Source: Candidatus Woesearchaeota archaeon (GTDB lineage Archaea > Nanobdellota > Nanobdellia > Woesearchaeales > GW2011-AR9). From it: DNA of 64,000 bases. The stretch is from NCBI GenBank assembly GCA_018302605.1, contig JAGVZN010000025.1:2693-66692 (forward strand), written 5' to 3'. A program made the translations under genes and the position numbers. The notes beneath the pieces were generated by a model. It ran no database searches and had not been told where the DNA came from. It worked only from the letters and a program-made list of their open reading frames with translations. Position 1 is the stretch's first letter; every line of letters begins with the position of its first letter. Shown here piece after piece: positions 27,355-37,647 of the stretch.

Positions 27355-28029
27355 ATGAGACCACAACAAGAGTATTGGGACAAAGTTTGGCAAGAAAGAG
27401 ATTGGTGTATTGCCAGCAACTTTGGTTACGGTTTGCTTGATGATTCGGATCCAGAATTTCTTGTGGGTAAGGACGTCCTTGATGTTGGTTGTGGTAATTC
27501 TGAGTATTCATCGATTCCGGATAACACAAAAATGTTTATCGGCGTTGATATTTCTGGAGTTGCACTCCGGAAAATAAAACGGGAGTCTACTCGTGGCGGT
27601 TTGCTTCAAGCGTCAGCACTCGCTCTTCCTTTAGGGGACAACGTTGTCGATTATAGTGTCTGTTTTGAGGCTCTCCCACTTTTTGGTGAACATTGTGGTG
27701 TTGCTTTGGCAGAGATGGCGCGCGTTTCGCGTGAAGGATTGCTTTTTACAGTCTCTCATCCCGATCATAAGTTGGCTCTTGGAAACCATTCCCCTCGGGA
27801 TCTTCCTTTCGGGAAGTTATTTACGGGAACTGCCGTTAGCGTGACCGCGTTTACTGAATCGGAGATCAGTACTCTTGTCACTTCTCTAGGAATGCATTTA
27901 GAGACGCTTGCCATTTATACTTTTAATCAAGTGATGAATTATGGTGTTCCGGTCAGGCAGCAGACGGCCTATGTACATGGTAATGAGAAAGAAGCGATGT
28001 ATGTGAAAGCAGTCCATCCCAAAGTTTAA
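27355..28029 (+). CDS. class I SAM-dependent methyltransferase
   Basis: VLDVGCGNS motif I and the LPLGDNVVD acidic loop. ATG at 27355 lies about 22 nt after TTTTAAAG. Confidence 0.75.
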   Translation: MRPQQEYWDKVWQERDWCIASNFGYGLLDDSDPEFLVGKDVLDVGCGNSEYSSIPDNTKMFIGVDISGVALRKIKRESTRGGLLQASALALPLGDNVVDYSVCFEALPLFGEHCGVALAEMARVSREGLLFTVSHPDHKLALGNHSPRDLPFGKLFTGTAVSVTAFTESEISTLVTSLGMHLETLAIYTFNQVMNYGVPVRQQTAYVHGNEKEAMYVKAVHPKV

Positions 28030-28056
28030 AAAGTAAGTTAAGATTTGTCTTCTTAC

Positions 28057-28167
28057 GCCAGCGTGGCACAATCCGGTACTGCGTCAGCATCTGCATGACG
28101 AATCTCGAATCGAATTGTGAGCGAACTGATCCTTCTGGGATTCCCGGTTCAAATCCGGGCGCTGGCG
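28057..28167 (+). tRNA. class II-like tRNA (Ser-like: 3-bp D stem, long variable arm, G73); anticodon region interrupted and isotype unresolved
   Basis: Acceptor GCCAGCG/CGCTGGC. D arm GCA-CAATCCGGTAC-TGC. Variable arm TCC-TTCT-GGA resembles that of tRNA-Leu at 52631. The T arm CCCGG-TTCAAAT-CCGGG is intact. About 30-36 extra nt lie in the anticodon region that I could not splice unambiguously. A TATA box lies 25 nt upstream. Confidence 0.5.
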
Positions 28168-28244
28168 CTTTCTATTTGCTTTTTCGTTTGTTGTTAGCCC
28201 GGATTTGAACGGGGTCACGAACGGAGCGAAGCGGAGTGACTCGA

Positions 28245-28301
28245 CCCGGTTCAAACAGATGTTCACGTTACGGTGAGTCTAAGAAAATCCGGGCGCTGGT
28301 G
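28245..28301 (+). other. orphan duplicate of the preceding tRNA 3' end (T arm plus acceptor strand), carrying a T-loop intron
   Basis: CCCGG-TTCAA[ACAGATGTTCACG...AAGAAA]AT-CCGGG-CGCTGGT-G. No matching 5' acceptor strand is nearby. An inverted T-arm-like piece lies at 28196-28214. Confidence 0.5.
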
Positions 28302-28309
28302 CTTAACGT

Positions 28310-28490
28310 ATGGGGCCCTGTTGAATACCCTCGAATACTTGGAGAGGTTGAATTTTAGTGCAACGTTCGGCGGAGCCGAAAAAATCAAAGTAAATTTGGA
28401 GTCCGTCCATTAGGCGAACAAAGTGAGCAATTCAGAACAATGGTCAAAGGAACAATTTTATTTAGTAGTTCGTCGTAAGGGGAGGGGGTG
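28310..28490. repeat. left arm of a long imperfect inverted repeat bracketing the AIPR gene
   Basis: Four colinear blocks (ATGGGGCCCTGTTGA, TAAATTTGGAGTCC, GGAACAATTTTA, GGAGGGGGTG) recur as reverse complements at 30271-30390. Confidence 0.55.
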
Positions 28491-28495
28491 TTAGT

Positions 28496-30208
28496 TTAGT
28501 TCTCAAATAAATTTTCTATTTCTCTTTTTAGATATGCAGGAACACTCTCAGATACAACTTTGTATGTATCTTTATGTTTAAAGAAATCTCTTTGTCCTGA
28601 GTCAACATCTACAAATTTAGATTTTTCATACTTCTTGTATATGATGTCAAATAATTGTTTTACTGGAGATTCGTTAAATTCAAATGATTTACTATTCAAT
28701 TTTTTAAAGAGTTCATTTAGTTTAAGATTATTATTCAAATCACTGCAATGGTCATAAATTACTCTTAATACATGGAAAGAAGCTAATTTGTGAAATCTCT
28801 TTCTTTTTTCTCCGCGATAGTTTTTACCTATCCTCGAAATATAATCCCATATAATGTAAGGTATTAAATAATCTAATGGTGTTTTTTTGTCTTTAAAAAC
28901 ATCACTAAAATGGCTTGAAAATAGGTCATCCTCATGTGCGTGTGAGGTGTGGGGAAGTTTAATTATCGCCAGATTACACTTAATCAAATCTATATTTTTT
29001 ACACATTTCAAAGCATTTATTCTTGAAGATTTTGCTCTTTCTTCCCTAAATTGTCCCTCTTTTCTTTCAAAATAATAACCTAATGTTTCTAAATGTCTTT
29101 GTAATCTGACTTGGAGAGGGTGATTTGACTTTAACATTCTTTCATCAACGGGAGTTTGTCTGTTGTTTGCTTCGATTATACCATCAATTAATTCTTGATT
29201 GATTAAACTGTCTCCAATTTCAACAATCTTAGCAAACAAACAAGAATCACTAGGTCTATTTTCTCCTATTGTGCTAATAGTTTGACAACCATTTATTATT
29301 TGTGGATTCTTTAAGATTATTTTTTTGTCTTCTTTTAACAAAGTAACTTTTTCTGATAAAATAGTTATTCCATTGTTGAAATACCAGAAATTTTGAGGCT
29401 GTTCTGCCAGAGTGTCTTTCATAGCTTTATTAGGTTTCTTCGATTCACTATAAAATATTCTTACATTTCTTGAAAATAACTTTTCTTGTATTTGTTTAGC
29501 TGGCGGCAAGGCCAAGCGGTGTATCCACAGAGACTTTGTTCCTAGCTAGGTGCGGAAATCTTCTGGTTCACCGCGAGAGGCAGATTCACTTGAGATATTT
29601 ATCAAATAGGCATTAGGATTTTTTGGTCCCTCCATAAGTTCCAAATACGAAATTTCAACATCTCCTAATTCAGGGGTATGCCCATGCTTCCATTCTTCAT
29701 ATTTTCGTTCGATTTCTTTTGCGGAGATTATTTCTACGCCCTGACATTTATTGTCATAAATTGAGTAGTTTGGATTAGATTTATTTGTGGTAATAAAGTA
29801 CAACTTTACTTTATATCCGTCCTCTTTTATCAATCTTATAGCTTTGTCTAATTTTTCTTTTAAACTCGCATGGATATACGCTCTTAATTCGTAATAATCA
29901 AATGTTCCAGTTAGATACTCATAGACTTTATTTAGTTTGTTCAGTTCATCTTTGTTAAATGGGGATTCTCCAATCTCTCTAGAAAATTTAGATTGAATTA
30001 TTTTTATTGTTTTTATGTTGTGATCTATAATCACAGCATCACTTCCAGCATCTTTCCCTCTGTCTGTAATTACTTCAGTTATTTCAGAATCAGCTAAATT
30101 TTCTGTATCTTTGATATACCAAAAAATGAATGCTCTAAAATCTTTTATCTTAAAACGATTACTTATCTCATCTATCTCTTGTAAAAATTGAGTTTTCCAG
30201 TTAGCCAT
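28496..30208 (-). pseudogene. AIPR-family abortive-infection protein, interrupted in frame by a repeat element carrying a TAG stop
   Basis: ORFs 29546-30208 and 28496-29515 are in the same frame and separated by one TAG. The C-terminal part has AIPR hallmarks (LFSRNVRIFY, FWYFNNGITI). The gene is strongly AT-rich. Confidence 0.7.
29488..29585 (+). mobile_element. family C element, truncated copy (about 96 nt) inside the AIPR coding sequence
   Basis: Matches the first ~96 nt of the 9824-9979 element (read on its minus strand), beginning GTATTTGTTTAGCTGGCGGCAAGGCCAAG. Confidence 0.6.
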
Positions 30209-30270
30209 TCTAATACCCTATTGATAATTAAATAGGTCTCATATTTATAAATTGTTCTTTTTCGGTTCGT

Positions 30271-30390
30271 CACCCCCTCCTCGCTTTTAGTTTTGAATTA
30301 TTTTAAAATTGTTCCCATTCTATTTTTTAGGACTCCAAATTTATTGTATTAAACTGGCGTTTCAACACCGCATGGCCTCAACAGGGCCAT
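30271..30390. repeat. right arm of the inverted repeat bracketing the AIPR gene
   Basis: CACCCCCTCC, TAAAATTGTTCC, GGACTCCAAATTTA and TCAACAGGGCCAT appear in mirror order relative to 28310-28490. Confidence 0.55.
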
Positions 30391-30412
30391 GTCTTTCTTT
30401 CATTTGTCAGAT

Positions 30413-30943
30413 TCACTTCTCAGAAGAGCAGGAAAACTGGTTTAGCAGATATGCTCTGATCAAAGCTCTTCTCCGCAATTTTCTGTCGTGAGGAAGTGCG
30501 ATCTTTACTCCCCCCAAATCCTGAACCTGTGTAGAATCATAGGCCAGAACAGTTAATGCTAGTCTGCGTTGTTCTTCCGAACTCAGATTTTGGGCAGCAT
30601 AACGAGCTAAATTCTGGAGAGCATTGGGGATGAACATCAAGTACAAATTATTTCTTCCTGAATAGGGTGCTACCCTTGTCACGATCCCTTGTTCAATTTT
30701 ATCTTCTGGCCGGTCGATAGGTACGTCCCCCGCATCGAGTAATAATTCCGTTCCGTTAGCAACAATTTCCTCAATACTCCTTACCATTGCATCATTTCCT
30801 GCTTCCGTAAATTCTTTTAGCGTAATCTCTCCGCTTCTGGAAGAAGCAATACTCCGTAGATATATTGGAAATCGGGAGCGTAGTTCTAGGTTGATTTTTT
30901 CCAAAGCTCCACGATAACAACAAACTTCGACAATTTTTGACAT
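30413..30943 (-). CDS. hypothetical protein (176 aa)
   Basis: ORF only. Confidence 0.5.
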   Translation of the reverse strand: MSKIVEVCCYRGALEKINLELRSRFPIYLRSIASSRSGEITLKEFTEAGNDAMVRSIEEIVANGTELLLDAGDVPIDRPEDKIEQGIVTRVAPYSGRNNLYLMFIPNALQNLARYAAQNLSSEEQRRLALTVLAYDSTQVQDLGGVKIALPHDRKLRRRALIRAYLLNQFSCSSEK

Positions 30944-31016
30944 AAATTGTTATTTATTCACTTTCTTTAAAAAGGTTAATCCACGTAATTGTTACTCAGA
31001 TTTAATCCACTTGTTC

Positions 31017-32201
31017 TTACTCATACCGTAACGCGTCTACTGGTTTCAATTTCGAACCTTGATATGCCGGCAGAATCCCCGAAAGAACTCCAACAACAAA
31101 CGCAAATAATAAGCCGAACACGACAATTGCTGGCTCGATGGTGATGTTTAACGTAAATCCAGCTTCTTTAGATATAGAACCAACACCGAGAGCGATTCCT
31201 GTTCCTAAAGCGGTTCCAATGATCCCGCCGACTAATCCAATTAAACCTGCTTCGATGATAAAGAGCTTGAGGACATCACTATTCCGCGCACCGATGGCTT
31301 TCATGATGCCGATCTCTTTCGTCCGCTCTAAAACGCTGGTATACATCGAATTCATGATGCCGATGGCGCCGACGATCAAAGAAATGGCCGCGATGCCGAC
31401 CAGTACGATCTGCATCACTCCGAGAATTTGATTGATCTGTTCGAGGATCTGTGATGATGTCAAGACTTGAAAATTAGTGTCTCCTCTCTTCCGTTCGAGA
31501 TCTCTCTTGATCTTTTCTTGCAGTTGGGGTATTTCTGTCGTCGACTTTACTTGAGCGATGATCGCATCTACTTTTTCTGGTTCGTGGAAGATTTCACGCG
31601 CAGATTCCAGAGGGATGATGATTTGGTTATCATCTTGGGCGTTGCCGATCTCTTCGACGATGCCCACAACTTTAAATTCCATCTTGTTAATTGTGATCTT
31701 GTTGCCGAGACGTATTTCTTTCCCGAACAATTCTGTTGCGGCTCGAGCACCAACGAGGGCAACTCCTTTCTCGCCTTCTTTAATAAAACGACCTTCTTGC
31801 AAGCCGACGCCCATATCATCGTAGAACTCTTTGAAGTTATCCGTGGGAAGCGCAGTTATGGAAGTAAATCCTTTCTGTTGATGATATTGCACTTCCGTGC
31901 TTCTGAACAGTGTCGGCAGGACATAGGAGAGTCCGCCGATCTTCTTGATCGTCTCGACATCTTCGATCGTCAGCCCTTCTGATACATGTCCAGGACCTTG
32001 GAATCCTTTAGCGGAAATCATAATCCGATTAGCGCCGAATTGTTCAAACTGTTCTTCGATTGTACTCTCTAAACTACGGGAAATGGTGATGAGGGAAATA
32101 ATCGCTGCAACGCCGATGACAATGCCGACGACGGTTAACCACGACCGTAATTTACGATGGCGGATACTGTGCACCGCCAGGTGAAAGTAATCAAGCAGCA
32201 T
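31017..32201 (-). CDS. ABC transporter permease, FtsX/MacB type
   Basis: N-terminal TM helix, a large extracytoplasmic domain and a C-terminal FtsX 3-TM bundle (MKAIGARNSDVLKLFIIEA). Confidence 0.85.
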   Translation of the reverse strand: MLLDYFHLAVHSIRHRKLRSWLTVVGIVIGVAAIISLITISRSLESTIEEQFEQFGANRIMISAKGFQGPGHVSEGLTIEDVETIKKIGGLSYVLPTLFRSTEVQYHQQKGFTSITALPTDNFKEFYDDMGVGLQEGRFIKEGEKGVALVGARAATELFGKEIRLGNKITINKMEFKVVGIVEEIGNAQDDNQIIIPLESAREIFHEPEKVDAIIAQVKSTTEIPQLQEKIKRDLERKRGDTNFQVLTSSQILEQINQILGVMQIVLVGIAAISLIVGAIGIMNSMYTSVLERTKEIGIMKAIGARNSDVLKLFIIEAGLIGLVGGIIGTALGTGIALGVGSISKEAGFTLNITIEPAIVVFGLLFAFVVGVLSGILPAYQGSKLKPVDALRYE

Positions 32202-33042
32202 GTTTTCGTTTCCTCTTGCGCTGATACCAAAAGAATATCACGATGATCAGTACAACAATCAGGATGATGGAAAGAGTAGAACTTTTTTCCGGCACCAATC
32301 CCCGCAGTTTTGCTTCTTCGGGCGTGTACACTTTCAGTTTTAGTAATTTTGGTTGGCTGATAACATTGTTGTCCGTGTCGCGATATTCCACCGTCAAGGC
32401 CAGGATAGGATCAGTTCCTTTAGGGAGAATAGTAAACTCTTCAGTTTCAAAGTCGCCGACATCAACGTCTCCAATATATAACGATTGCGGAGAGATGACT
32501 TCGTAGTATGGGCTCTCCTGCATGGTCACTTTGAGAAATTTAATCTGCATCAAGCCGTTATTGACAAATTTCAAGACGACGGGGCCGGATGTGCCCACCA
32601 TTGTCACTTTTGATTCTCCGAGAATCAGGTCTAGTGCCGCTTTCGCTTTGACTTCGATGCTGATCATCGACGTTTTGCTGATGTTATTTTGGCTGACAAT
32701 CACCGGAATTTTGTAGATGCCTGGTGTTGCTGTTGGCAGAGCTCTGACAAAGAGAGATACCATTTCGTGATCGTGGTCATCAATTTTGTCAATGACCATA
32801 GTATTTGATGTTGAGACGGGTGCAAAAGGCACATTTGTTAAGTCTAACGAGACGAGGATGTTTTCTGCTGTTTCGTCTGCACTATTATCCAACGTCAAGC
32901 GTAGTGTCAATTCTTCCCCTGGTAAAACGGTCTGTGGTTCGACTGTAAATGATGTCACTGCCACTTCTGCACCGACTACAGGGAGAAAAAGCACAGCTAC
33001 AGCCATGAGAATGGCAATCTGTATTCCTACTTTTGTGTTCAT
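32191..33042 (-). CDS. secreted beta-rich protein with a C-terminal TM anchor, ABC-transporter associated
   Basis: Signal peptide from ATG 33042 (MNTKVGIQIAILMAVAV) and a C-terminal hydrophobic anchor followed by KRKRK. It sits between the ATPase and permease genes. Confidence 0.55.
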   Translation of the reverse strand: MNTKVGIQIAILMAVAVLFLPVVGAEVAVTSFTVEPQTVLPGEELTLRLTLDNSADETAENILVSLDLTNVPFAPVSTSNTMVIDKIDDHDHEMVSLFVRALPTATPGIYKIPVIVSQNNISKTSMISIEVKAKAALDLILGESKVTMVGTSGPVVLKFVNNGLMQIKFLKVTMQESPYYEVISPQSLYIGDVDVGDFETEEFTILPKGTDPILALTVEYRDTDNNVISQPKLLKLKVYTPEEAKLRGLVPEKSSTLSIILIVVLIIVIFFWYQRKRKRKHAA

Positions 33043-33052
33043 TGTTTTTCCC

Positions 33053-33775
33053 TCATCGTTTTTTATGACTCTTTTGAGTTTGTGTATGACTAGTGATCTT
33101 ACCGTCTTTGAGATACACAATCGTATCGGCTAATTTTGTTAATTCGTTATTATGCGTGACGAGAATGATTGTCTTTCCCTGTCGGTTGAGATCTTTGAGT
33201 AAAGTCATGACTTCGTCTCCTGTTTTAGTGTCGAGATTTCCGGTTGGTTCGTCGGCCAGGATAATTTCTGGATCATTGATCAGGGCACGGGCGATAGCTA
33301 CTCTCTGTCGCTGGCCTCCAGAAAGCTGATTGGGAAGATGTTTCATTCTATTTTCCAAGCCGACTCTTTGGAGAAGCCTTGCTGCTTTTCTCATCCGTTC
33401 GTCTCTTGAGACATCTTGAAACATCATCGGTAGGGCGACATTTTCTAAAGCATTGAGGCTGGGAATGAGATTAAATATCTGAAAGATAAAACCAATTTTC
33501 TTCCCGCGGATTTGGGCCAGATCACTTTCTTCGAGGAGGTTGATATTATGTTCTCCGAGGTAGATTTTTCCTTTTGTTGCGGTGTCTAAGCAGCCGACAA
33601 GATTCATCGCTGTGCTCTTTCCAGAGCCGCTGGGGCCGACGATAGCCACAAAATCCCCCTGCCTAATCTCTAAAGAGATGCCATCGATTGCCGGAACGTC
33701 TATTCCGTCGAGATGATAGGTCTTATAGACGTCTTGAAGAGAGATGACTGGTTGGGCGGTTGTAGCCATAATCAC
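33053..33775 (-). CDS. ABC transporter ATP-binding protein (MacB/LolD-like)
   Basis: Walker [10 protein letters not shown], signature LSGGQRQR, Walker [12 protein letters not shown]. Confidence 0.9.
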   Translation of the reverse strand: MIMATTAQPVISLQDVYKTYHLDGIDVPAIDGISLEIRQGDFVAIVGPSGSGKSTAMNLVGCLDTATKGKIYLGEHNINLLEESDLAQIRGKKIGFIFQIFNLIPSLNALENVALPMMFQDVSRDERMRKAARLLQRVGLENRMKHLPNQLSGGQRQRVAIARALINDPEIILADEPTGNLDTKTGDEVMTLLKDLNRQGKTIILVTHNNELTKLADTIVYLKDGKITSHTQTQKSHKKR

Positions 33776-33967
33776 TTTTAAAGAAGATTCTTTTTAAATG
33801 TTTAGGGTGGATTTATTATTTCAGAATCAATATCCTTTATGACCTATAATAGCGGATGTAAGTAATTAATATTTAGACCGCTATTATGTTCGGAGGAACA
33901 AACAAATTACTATTAATCACTTTGTTCCTCCGTTATAGAATTTAGGATAAAACAATCTCGAAAAAGT

Positions 33968-34282
33968 TCACTTCTCAATCATCTCAATTTCGATATTGAG
34001 ACCATCCGGAATAGGCACCCGCATGACCAAGCGCAATGTTCGTTCATCGGCGGAAACATCGATCAGGCGTTTGTGGATCCGCATCTCATAACGCTCCCAG
34101 GTTGCTTTTCCTTCTCCAGAAGGGGATTTACGGGTGGTTACTTTCAATTTTTTGGTTGGAAGTGGGATGGGGCCTTTGAGAACGACACCCGTCTTCTCGA
34201 CGATAGACTTTATGTCAGTACAGATCTGATTAATCTTATCAATCTCGGTACTCGCCAATTTGATCCGTGCATGTTGTGCCAT
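33968..34282 (-). CDS. rps10: 30S ribosomal protein S10 (uS10)
   Basis: ARIKLAST...[35 protein letters not shown] pattern. It lies downstream of EF-1alpha, as in archaeal str-type operons. Confidence 0.9.
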   Translation of the reverse strand: MAQHARIKLASTEIDKINQICTDIKSIVEKTGVVLKGPIPLPTKKLKVTTRKSPSGEGKATWERYEMRIHKRLIDVSADERTLRLVMRVPIPDGLNIEIEMIEK

Positions 34283-34438
34283 AGTTTTTGTTTCCCGCAT
34301 GATAAACCCGCGGTTTCTTATCATGCCCTATCGTGAGGGATTTTCCCTCAATGCCGATGGCTTATATTTAAGCCTTTCCTTTCACGACAAATCACTTGGA
34401 ATTATTTAAAAATAAAAAAATAAATTATGATCTCATAT

Positions 34439-35731
34439 TTACAGTTGTTTCTTGACAAGATCGATACACATTCCCGCAGCAACAGTCGCACCGGAATCGC
34501 GGATAGCGAAGCGGGACATCTGAGGGATATCCGTGTTCTTTTCGATGACAACTGCCTGCATCGGCTTCAATTTGACGATCGCCGCATCACCGTTACGCAG
34601 GACTTCTTTGTTTTCCGTTACTTCCTGACCCGTTGTCGGATTGAGCTTCTTGATGATTTGTTCAAAGCGGCAGGCAACCTGTGAAGTGTGGATGTGGAAG
34701 ACCGGCGTATAACCGACGGTAACAACACTCGGATGACTCATGATCACAACTTGAGCAGTGAACTCTGTCGCAACGCTTGGTACATTATCGGCTGGGCCAA
34801 GAACGTCTCCACGGGCGATATCTTTCTTACCGATACCACGCACGTTGAAACCGATGTTATCCCCTGGTTCAGCTTGGTTGACTTGCTCGTGGTGCATTTC
34901 AATTGTCTTGACTTCACCAGAAACACCTTTGCCTTCACGTCCGGGTACGACAACAACTTTGTCACCGACTTTCATAATGCCCGTTTCAACACGGCCGACG
35001 GGAACAACACCAATACCGGTGATGTTATAGACATCCTGAATCGGCAGGCGCAGAGGCAGATTAGTTGGTTTTTGCGGCGTATCAAATTTATTGATCGCTT
35101 CTAAAAGAGTATCGCCAGTCCACCACGGCATTTTCGCAGATTTTTTGGTGATATTTTCACCAGGGAAAGAAGCGATCGGGATGAAACGCACCAGATCAAC
35201 TTTCCATCCTGCCTGAGTGGCGTGTTTTTTCACTTCTTCGACTACTGCTTTATAGCGGGCTTCGGAGAAGTCAACACCGGAAATATCCATCTTGTTAACA
35301 GCGACCATCAACTGGCCGACACCAAAGATTTTGGATAATTTCAGATGTTCAATAGTTTGAGCATTTACTCCATCGTTAGCGGCAACGACAAGAACAGCGC
35401 AATCGGCTTGTGATGCACCGGTGATCATGTTCTTGATGAAATCCCTGTGGCCGGGAGCATCGATGATCGTAAAGTAATATTTATCTGTATCAAAGCGTTT
35501 GTGGGCAAGATCGATGGTAACTCCCCGCTCCTGCTCTTCTTTGAGATTATCCATGACGAAAGCAAATTCGAAGCCTTTCTTACCAAGCTGTTCTGCTTTC
35601 TCTTTCAATTTGCGCATCGCCTGTTCGTCGACGTTTCCCGTGTCAAATAGTAAACGTCCTACGGTCGTGGACTTACCGTGGTCTACGTGACCGATGAATA
35701 CCAAGTTAATGTGTTCTTTTGTTTTTGCCAT
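34439..35731 (-). CDS. tuf: translation elongation factor aEF-1alpha
   Basis: [17 protein letters not shown] and NKMD GTPase motifs. Full length at 430 aa. Confidence 0.95.
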   Translation of the reverse strand: MAKTKEHINLVFIGHVDHGKSTTVGRLLFDTGNVDEQAMRKLKEKAEQLGKKGFEFAFVMDNLKEEQERGVTIDLAHKRFDTDKYYFTIIDAPGHRDFIKNMITGASQADCAVLVVAANDGVNAQTIEHLKLSKIFGVGQLMVAVNKMDISGVDFSEARYKAVVEEVKKHATQAGWKVDLVRFIPIASFPGENITKKSAKMPWWTGDTLLEAINKFDTPQKPTNLPLRLPIQDVYNITGIGVVPVGRVETGIMKVGDKVVVVPGREGKGVSGEVKTIEMHHEQVNQAEPGDNIGFNVRGIGKKDIARGDVLGPADNVPSVATEFTAQVVIMSHPSVVTVGYTPVFHIHTSQVACRFEQIIKKLNPTTGQEVTENKEVLRNGDAAIVKLKPMQAVVIEKNTDIPQMSRFAIRDSGATVAAGMCIDLVKKQL

Positions 35732-35817
35732 TTTCTCTATTACTCCTCCGTTTTTTGAATGGAATTTGTTGTTTTATAAACCACTCTCGGTGTATCTGTC
35801 TCAGGGAGATGTTTTGT

Positions 35818-37647
35818 TTATAAAGGTTTCGGTGGTGCTGGTGATAGGCGCTCGGCAGCGATTCTGGCCAATGCCTGCGTGAAAAAATCCACAAATGTTC
35901 GATCGTAATCGCCCGCGCCGGTGACATGATGCCCCAATTCGTGGATGTAGGTGTCAGCAAAATTTTTAAGATCGCCTAATTGGTCTCGCATTATACCGAT
36001 ATATTTCGTTCCATCGGGGAGTGTTGTATGTACACCCAAAGAACCGATGATCTTTCTTCCGGCTTTGGTATATAATCCGGAATACACCCTTACGTTAACC
36101 GGAATCACTTCTCCGAGAACAATCCGGCTTAGATCATCTACTCTGCTGAGCACTGCTTGTTCTTCGCGAGTAAGATCGGCAGGTTCAACCCAACGATATT
36201 CTGTCTCTGAATTAATTTCTCGAATAAGAACGTCGGCTCTTTTGATGCCTACCTCATTAAGATGCATTGCAACATACGGATGTAACGTAATCGGACGATA
36301 GCCCATTAATTCGGCATCAGCGTTCTCGTTAGTGTTTGTAGAAGCGATAATGGCATCGTCGCCATACATCTCTTGAAAAATACGCGCCCATGGGGATTGG
36401 TAGCGGGGAGATGATTTTGTAAAAGATGTATAATCAAAAGATCTCAGCTTTTCTTCGATTAGGGAAAGTTCCGAAATTGCGAATTCCTTAATTCCATTTC
36501 TGATTGTTTTTATCAGGGGCTGTTTAAAAACAAATCTCGGAGGAAATTCTTCTGTCGTTAAAGAATCCTGCTGAGATTTTCCAAGTGCCTCAAATTCCGT
36601 ACAGGGATGGTAAAAATCTGGTTGATCATGCGCTTCCTGCAGGATCCGGTGAATGACCGTCGGATTGTCACAGTTCTTCAACAGATAACGAATCTGACCA
36701 AGAACAGTATCCCGGTCGGCGGTCTTTCGGTCTGGGGAGATGTTATCGATTCCCAGATCATAACTAAATAAGCTTTTCCCAGACCAGCTAAAGCGTATGC
36801 CTTTGACAAACAATGAAGGGGGATTACCTTCTCCCAAATCGAGAATTCGGGAAGGATGAGCCAAAAATGAGTGAGGGGCATACCATTCTGTGTAACGATC
36901 ATTGAGGGCCAATACGTTGTTTGGCAACCCATATATCTCATCAAGGAAATCTTCGGGTGGGTTGACGAATACTGTCCGGGAACCTTTTATCTGATCTTTT
37001 CTCAGAGAGACTTGAAAACACAATTGTTTGATCTTTTGGTCGTCCACCAGATGTTCTTCTAACGTTGGCCGGGCCCGCCAGTTTTGTGAGCGGTATTCTA
37101 TCGAGATGCCCTGTCGTAAAGCAGCAGCGGCAATTAATTTCAATCCTTCGCCAAATTGGCCGATGCTGAACGTATCTACGCCTTTGGTCGAAAATAAGAA
37201 AGATAACAATCTGTAATCGTAACCAGAACCATCATCTTCAAAGACGACTTCTGTCGTCTTGGCTTCTTCATCGGCATCTTTCAACGCGACGTATTTCCCA
37301 TTTTGTTTCAATTTGACTGAGATTGTTGTTCCTTTGCTGTCTGCCGGCAAATGATTCGCAATTCCATCGAGTACAATCCTTTCCAGGCCCCAAGTGTCTT
37401 TTCTATAGTCGAGGGTGATACTAGTCGGTAGAAGAATATCTTTCTCTTTCTTAAAGACCTTCCTCCAAAGATTAGATAGGAAAGGAAAATAACCATCCCT
37501 CTTTTCTGTAGCTGGGGGGACCAGATAATCATACCCATCAACTTCGTGGCCGAGCAACACGCGGGCAACTGTTTTGGACACGGCTTTTTCAAACTGGGTG
37601 TTGAGAGAGCGCCGCCCCTGTTCTAATATCTCGAGTAGATCACTCAT
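35818..37647 (-). CDS. GHKL (Bergerat-fold) ATPase fused to a C-terminal HExxH metallopeptidase-like module
   Basis: N-box LDGIANHLPAD, G1 box EDDGSGYD, G2 box IGQFGEGLK. The C-terminus carries YIHELGHHVTGAGDYD. ATG at 37647 (MSDLLEILE) overlaps the upstream small gene. Confidence 0.65.
   Translation of the reverse strand: MSDLLEILEQGRRSLNTQFEKAVSKTVARVLLGHEVDGYDYLVPPATEKRDGYFPFLSNLWRKVFKKEKDILLPTSITLDYRKDTWGLERIVLDGIANHLPADSKGTTISVKLKQNGKYVALKDADEEAKTTEVVFEDDGSGYDYRLLSFLFSTKGVDTFSIGQFGEGLKLIAAAALRQGISIEYRSQNWRARPTLEEHLVDDQKIKQLCFQVSLRKDQIKGSRTVFVNPPEDFLDEIYGLPNNVLALNDRYTEWYAPHSFLAHPSRILDLGEGNPPSLFVKGIRFSWSGKSLFSYDLGIDNISPDRKTADRDTVLGQIRYLLKNCDNPTVIHRILQEAHDQPDFYHPCTEFEALGKSQQDSLTTEEFPPRFVFKQPLIKTIRNGIKEFAISELSLIEEKLRSFDYTSFTKSSPRYQSPWARIFQEMYGDDAIIASTNTNENADAELMGYRPITLHPYVAMHLNEVGIKRADVLIREINSETEYRWVEPADLTREEQAVLSRVDDLSRIVLGEVIPVNVRVYSGLYTKAGRKIIGSLGVHTTLPDGTKYIGIMRDQLGDLKNFADTYIHELGHHVTGAGDYDRTFVDFFTQALARIAAERLSPAPPKPL

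Noticed and set aside
28084-28266. ORF 28084-28266 (-)
   Set aside because: It overlaps the tRNA and its duplicated fragments, and there is no coding signal.
29546-29548. Possible TAG recoding (pyrrolysine or readthrough) that would make AIPR full-length
   Set aside because: TAG terminates other well-supported genes here (for example 9814-9816, 14753-14755 and 58827-58829). The codon also lies inside a repeat-derived insert.
34688-35104. Long antisense ORFs inside EF-1alpha, and similar antisense ORFs inside mutS, rtcB, the ABC permease, the 745-aa protein and others
   Set aside because: They oppose strongly supported genes, have no motifs, and are typical shadow ORFs.
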